A stretch of 64,000 bases of DNA from Dehalococcoidia bacterium. Its GTDB lineage: Bacteria > Chloroflexota > Dehalococcoidia > Dehalococcoidales > JAUVZA01. The DNA lies in assembly GCA_030602805.1 (NCBI GenBank), contig JAUVZA010000001.1, forward strand, positions 2,426 to 66,425. The letters run 5' to 3'. Positions 60,556 through 64,000 of this stretch are shown in pieces. A model generated the notes under the pieces. The model saw only the letters and a list, made by a program, of their open reading frames with translations. It was not told the origin of the DNA and ran no database searches. Numbering within the stretch: position 1 is the first letter of the stretch; the number at the start of each line of letters is the position of its first letter. Made by a program: the position numbers and the translations under genes.

Positions 60556-62655
60556 TTAAGCGTCTGGGCTCGGAATCGGTGGTGCGGTCTCAACGGAATA
60601 TGGAGGCTTTAGCTCGCTAGAGGATATGACCAACATTTTAACCACCTTTTCATCCAAGGACATGTCGAATCTGAGGTGAGTGGCCTCAGATTCAAAGCCT
60701 CCCAGCGTAAGGTCTTCATCTATAGAGTGTACCCAGTATTTTCCCTGTGGCAGACCGAAGCGCTCCAGGTCTAGGCTATAAGTAAAAGCTCTTGCCTGAG
60801 TACTGGTATTTTGTATTCCCACGAAGACATCTCCGCTTCCAAGTTTTGACTCCGCAATTACAAGTCCCTCCTTCTCCTCAGTAGCGATGAAGTCCTCGAG
60901 ACCCAGGAGGTTTACGGTGAAGGGCCGGCAGATCTCCCGGTGCAAGAATCTGAGATCAACTTCATCATAGTTGCTCCACGTCGTTTCGGGGGAACGAGAG
61001 GATGTTTGAAGCCCCCAGTACAACATCCAGCCCTTTGCCGGATCAACACCTTCGTGATAGAGCAAAAGGGGATAACCCTCCGCCTTGGATCTGGTGCCGT
61101 CCTCATTGATCCACCAGAAGTCGCCTATCGGGTGATATGTTTTACCCAGGGCCTCTGGGTGAAGGGTCAGGCTGTAATGAAACCAGTCCTCGTACTGCAG
61201 GCTAATGCCCAAGAGATTCGGCTCGGTGATATTAATCTCGATATAGCCACCCAGAGCAGAGACCGGAGCATCGCCCTCGACAAGAAAACGATTCTCTCTG
61301 GCGCCGGTATCCATCATGTTTTTGTATCCATATCCTGTGCCGCCGAGGAAGATGACATTTCCACCCGCTCGAACGAGATCGTTGAGCTTGAGCACCGTTT
61401 CCTCATAGAATCGGTGTGCTGCGACCACAATCAGCTTGTAGCGGGACAGGTCCAGGTCTGCCTTCACAAAACACCTCTGGCTAACCGTGTCGTATTCCGT
61501 AAACAAGCCGAGTTCGGCGAAATCATAGTGGCCCATGACCAGAACCTGAGGCTGCGGCTTTATCACCGGCAACTTCATCAGTTCCCTGTTTAGTTGGTTA
61601 ATATACAGGTAAAGTCTCTGGCCAAGCTCATCAGATCTGTACCATCCCCACTCTCCGTAATTAACACCGGGTCGAGACTCATGATGCATGAACCACCCAA
61701 TCCCATCAGCTCCAGCGAGATATGCTATCCAGGCATGCTCCCTGATACGCTCGAATACATCTACGTCTGATTCACCCTCCACTTGACTTCCTAGTAACGT
61801 TACATGAACTGGCTTATCGGGAAACATGGTCTTGTAGTGGCGCACAACGTGATATATATCCCAGGGGTTCTCTGAATACATCCCGATCATAAACCCATCA
61901 GCCTTGAGCTCATAGGGCTCACAGTAGGCCCAATCCATCGGCCTAGCAGAAACGGATTGAAAGATAATTAGATGTGGCCATTTAGATTTAACATAGTCGT
62001 AAATATAGTTGAAAACCCAGACATTTTTGCTGTTCAGCCATTCAAAAAAGACTTCGGGCTCAGTTCCATTCATCTGGTTGGTGGGTTTGAGTTCAAAGCC
62101 TGTCTCTTCGTAATAGGTATCCCCATATTTGGCGATGTCTTGTGGCAGAGGGTCAGCGTCTAAGGCCCAACGATAAGCATTAGCCGGCTCCTCCTCGCTC
62201 AAAGTTAAGGCCCAAAGCTTCTCAGGGTTGATATTCTTGAAGTGATTATCAATTATCCTCTGCACTTCCTGACGGTATGACTCGTCATAATATATGTCTA
62301 ATGCGTTGTGCTGTTCCTCTGGAGGTGCAAACAGATTCCACCACCATACACGGTAGTTTATTTTAATACCCTGGGCTGCAAGCCAGTGGACCCTTTCAGC
62401 AACCTCTTTCTCGGTATCGAAGAAATCATCTTCGGATCCCATGCCCCAAAAAACGCTGCAATTATTTACAAGGCTCTTCCACTTATCCTTGCTGAACTTT
62501 AAACCCTCGCCCATGCTCATGTGGAATGTATCCACTCCTCCTGGTGGCCTGATCACGGGTGGAGCAGTGGGTGTGGCAGCGGGTGCTTTGCACCCTGTGA
62601 GCACTGCGATCAAAAACAGAAGGGAAAGGGTTAGGGCTAATACTTTGGCCAGCAA
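60556..62655 (-). CDS. Lipoprotein, GH42-like glycoside hydrolase architecture (tentative)
   Basis: A TTG start at 62655 (AAGGAAAG RBS) gives MLAKVLALTLSLLFLIAVLTGC, with a lipobox. A TIM-barrel-like N-terminal half is followed by a region resembling a beta-galactosidase trimerisation domain. The track ORF extends to 62718. Confidence 0.5.
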   Translation of the reverse strand: MLAKVLALTLSLLFLIAVLTGCKAPAATPTAPPVIRPPGGVDTFHMSMGEGLKFSKDKWKSLVNNCSVFWGMGSEDDFFDTEKEVAERVHWLAAQGIKINYRVWWWNLFAPPEEQHNALDIYYDESYRQEVQRIIDNHFKNINPEKLWALTLSEEEPANAYRWALDADPLPQDIAKYGDTYYEETGFELKPTNQMNGTEPEVFFEWLNSKNVWVFNYIYDYVKSKWPHLIIFQSVSARPMDWAYCEPYELKADGFMIGMYSENPWDIYHVVRHYKTMFPDKPVHVTLLGSQVEGESDVDVFERIREHAWIAYLAGADGIGWFMHHESRPGVNYGEWGWYRSDELGQRLYLYINQLNRELMKLPVIKPQPQVLVMGHYDFAELGLFTEYDTVSQRCFVKADLDLSRYKLIVVAAHRFYEETVLKLNDLVRAGGNVIFLGGTGYGYKNMMDTGARENRFLVEGDAPVSALGGYIEINITEPNLLGISLQYEDWFHYSLTLHPEALGKTYHPIGDFWWINEDGTRSKAEGYPLLLYHEGVDPAKGWMLYWGLQTSSRSPETTWSNYDEVDLRFLHREICRPFTVNLLGLEDFIATEEKEGLVIAESKLGSGDVFVGIQNTSTQARAFTYSLDLERFGLPQGKYWVHSIDEDLTLGGFESEATHLRFDMSLDEKVVKMLVISSSELKPPYSVETAPPIPSPDA

Positions 62656-62666
62656 ATCTTCTTTCC

Positions 62667-63890
62667 TTATTGACCAAGAAGTGTGGGGTGTACCCAGGCA
62701 TCGTCGAGTCTTTCCCAAAGGCCAGCGGGAGTCATGGCAACCCAGTCAAGTTGTTGTACTGCCTCCGCACTAAGGGTTGCCATTGCCACCTCGTCTTCCA
62801 CCCCGTCGCTAATAGGGAAGGTTCCTCTCATTATGACCTCTGATACCAGGAGGCCACTAGTATAGAGGGCTCTCATCACGGCAAGGACATCGGTCTTGGC
62901 CTTCTCCAAGATAGCTTGATAATCTTCAGCATCCTGAAGGGAGAAGGTAATGCGGATACGACCGCCACTCGATATACCAGTGGCTGTGATCCTCCTGACC
63001 CCTCGGTTGCTTTCTCCCAAGGTATCCTCGATAATTTGGCTAATGTTCGTAATATAGGCTTCCTCAGCCTGTACAGTGGCTACCTCCTCAGGGGAGGCCC
63101 GCAATCCTTCCACCTGTAGGGTATAGGAATCCATAAGCGTGGTATCAGGGATAATTATCTCTCTTATCTCGAAGTCAGCCTCTTCGCCAGCAAGGAGAAA
63201 CTCCACCAAGTACTGCTGCGACTCGTCAGTCCGCCACAGGTCTGCCCTAGCTCCCATACCCACGATTGTCCCCTGCTCGTCGTAGCAGCTGGCTATTACC
63301 CTGACCTCCTTGGCAGCAGCGGAGCCTGTATTCTTCACTACCCCCTTTATAACGAAACGGGATTCCTGCCCAGAACCTTCAAAGGCACTTTGGTGAGTCG
63401 CCACCACAAGCTCGCTATGGTAGTTTACCGACGTGTCTAGGTTTTCGCTACCCCAGGCAGCAAACGTATAGCCTTGAAAACTTTCCGCTGTGGATGGCCC
63501 CACCAGAAAGATGAAAGGAACTTTTGCCCCGGGAGGCAGAATATTAGCCGGTGTGACGGGCAATTCATCTTCGGGTAGCATCTCTCCTGAAGGCTCGTGG
63601 GGAGAGACAGGCTCTCCCGAGCTATCCCGGACTTCAACAATAATGGGAGGCACCACTACTACATCGCTGGTGTTTTCTAGCTCCCCAATTATTACAGCAA
63701 ATCTTGGCACCTCGGGAAACTCCACATCGTAGAAGTTGGCTTGCACAATTTCAAGGTCAATCTTTTTGGGCTCGCAGCCAGTGCCCATTGCTACCAGCAA
63801 TAGAAAGCAAAGGAGCAGAGGAATGATTCTTGACCGGCTCATCATCCCGCTCATTCGTTTCGCTAAATAGCGCTGCTTAACCTCTAACAT
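62667..63890 (-). CDS. Lipoprotein of unknown function
   Basis: The signal is MSRSRIIPLLLCFLLLVAMGTGC (the probable start is an internal Met of the track ORF). Two beta-rich repeats are suspected. No family recognised. Confidence 0.45.
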   Translation of the reverse strand: MLEVKQRYLAKRMSGMMSRSRIIPLLLCFLLLVAMGTGCEPKKIDLEIVQANFYDVEFPEVPRFAVIIGELENTSDVVVVPPIIVEVRDSSGEPVSPHEPSGEMLPEDELPVTPANILPPGAKVPFIFLVGPSTAESFQGYTFAAWGSENLDTSVNYHSELVVATHQSAFEGSGQESRFVIKGVVKNTGSAAAKEVRVIASCYDEQGTIVGMGARADLWRTDESQQYLVEFLLAGEEADFEIREIIIPDTTLMDSYTLQVEGLRASPEEVATVQAEEAYITNISQIIEDTLGESNRGVRRITATGISSGGRIRITFSLQDAEDYQAILEKAKTDVLAVMRALYTSGLLVSEVIMRGTFPISDGVEDEVAMATLSAEAVQQLDWVAMTPAGLWERLDDAWVHPTLLGQ

Positions 63891-64000
63891 TGGTTGCCTC
63901 CTAACTGTAAGCTGCAGTTCTCAAAAATAACTGCTGTGGCTATGTTATCGCTTCTGCTCATTGGATGTCAAGAACTTCAACCGGCCCAAAGTAACAAAAC

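Noticed and set aside
60940-61593. 217-aa plus-strand ORF inside the lipoprotein gene, and similar antisense ORFs elsewhere (e.g. 12950-13357, 29032-29481, 57250-57699, 38992-39405)
   Set aside because: They are antisense shadows of long, motif-supported genes and have no independent support.

Overview
This 64-kb window has about 50% GC and looks like an anaerobic, probably monoderm bacterium. The gene content resembles Chloroflexi or Dehalococcoidia, but the taxon cannot be proven from this window. Most genes are on the minus strand.

Layout:
- 0-2.7 kb: housekeeping genes (ispH, plsC, a macro-domain protein).
- 2.9-7.4 kb: an orphan nitrogenase-like D-K-H-B cassette, bracketed by 136-bp near-perfect direct repeats.
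- 7.8-18.4 kb: acs, then a block for oxidative stress, Fe-S assembly and sulfur relay (EncFtn-like ferritin, desulfoferrodoxin, flavin-reductase/rubredoxin fusion, TusA-like, DsrE-like, IscU/NifU-like, cysteine desulfurase, rubrerythrin-like), then a csoR-YHS-copA copper operon.
- 19.3-21.7 kb: tRNA-Val followed by a decayed islet (a gene interrupted by an in-frame TAG, and an IS481-like remnant).
- 21.7-26.6 kb: purL, a BrnT/BrnA pair whose antitoxin carries a LuxR helix-turn-helix, and a B12-binding radical SAM gene.
- 27.4-57.6 kb: a large regulator-rich surface-fibre locus.
- 58-64 kb: small zinc-ribbon ORFs, a ferredoxin-like pair and two lipoproteins.

The surface-fibre locus is the most interesting part. 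It combines:
- a type IV pilus machine (PilB, PilC, three minor pilins, a PilO-like protein, a PilM-PilN fusion, two tandem PilA genes, PilD);
- a SipW/Sec11-type signal peptidase with three paralogous secreted proteins that carry TasA/camelysin-style signal peptides;
- six response regulators and two histidine kinases;
- an uncharacterised C-terminal domain of about 100 aa (GSW..GT.IT motif), shared by two receiver proteins and by the DivIVA-like protein that heads the pilB operon;
- four copies of an AT-rich palindromic MITE/IVS-like element, one of which carries a four-helix-bundle ORF.

All calls come from reading the sequence and the ORF translations by eye. No database search was run.
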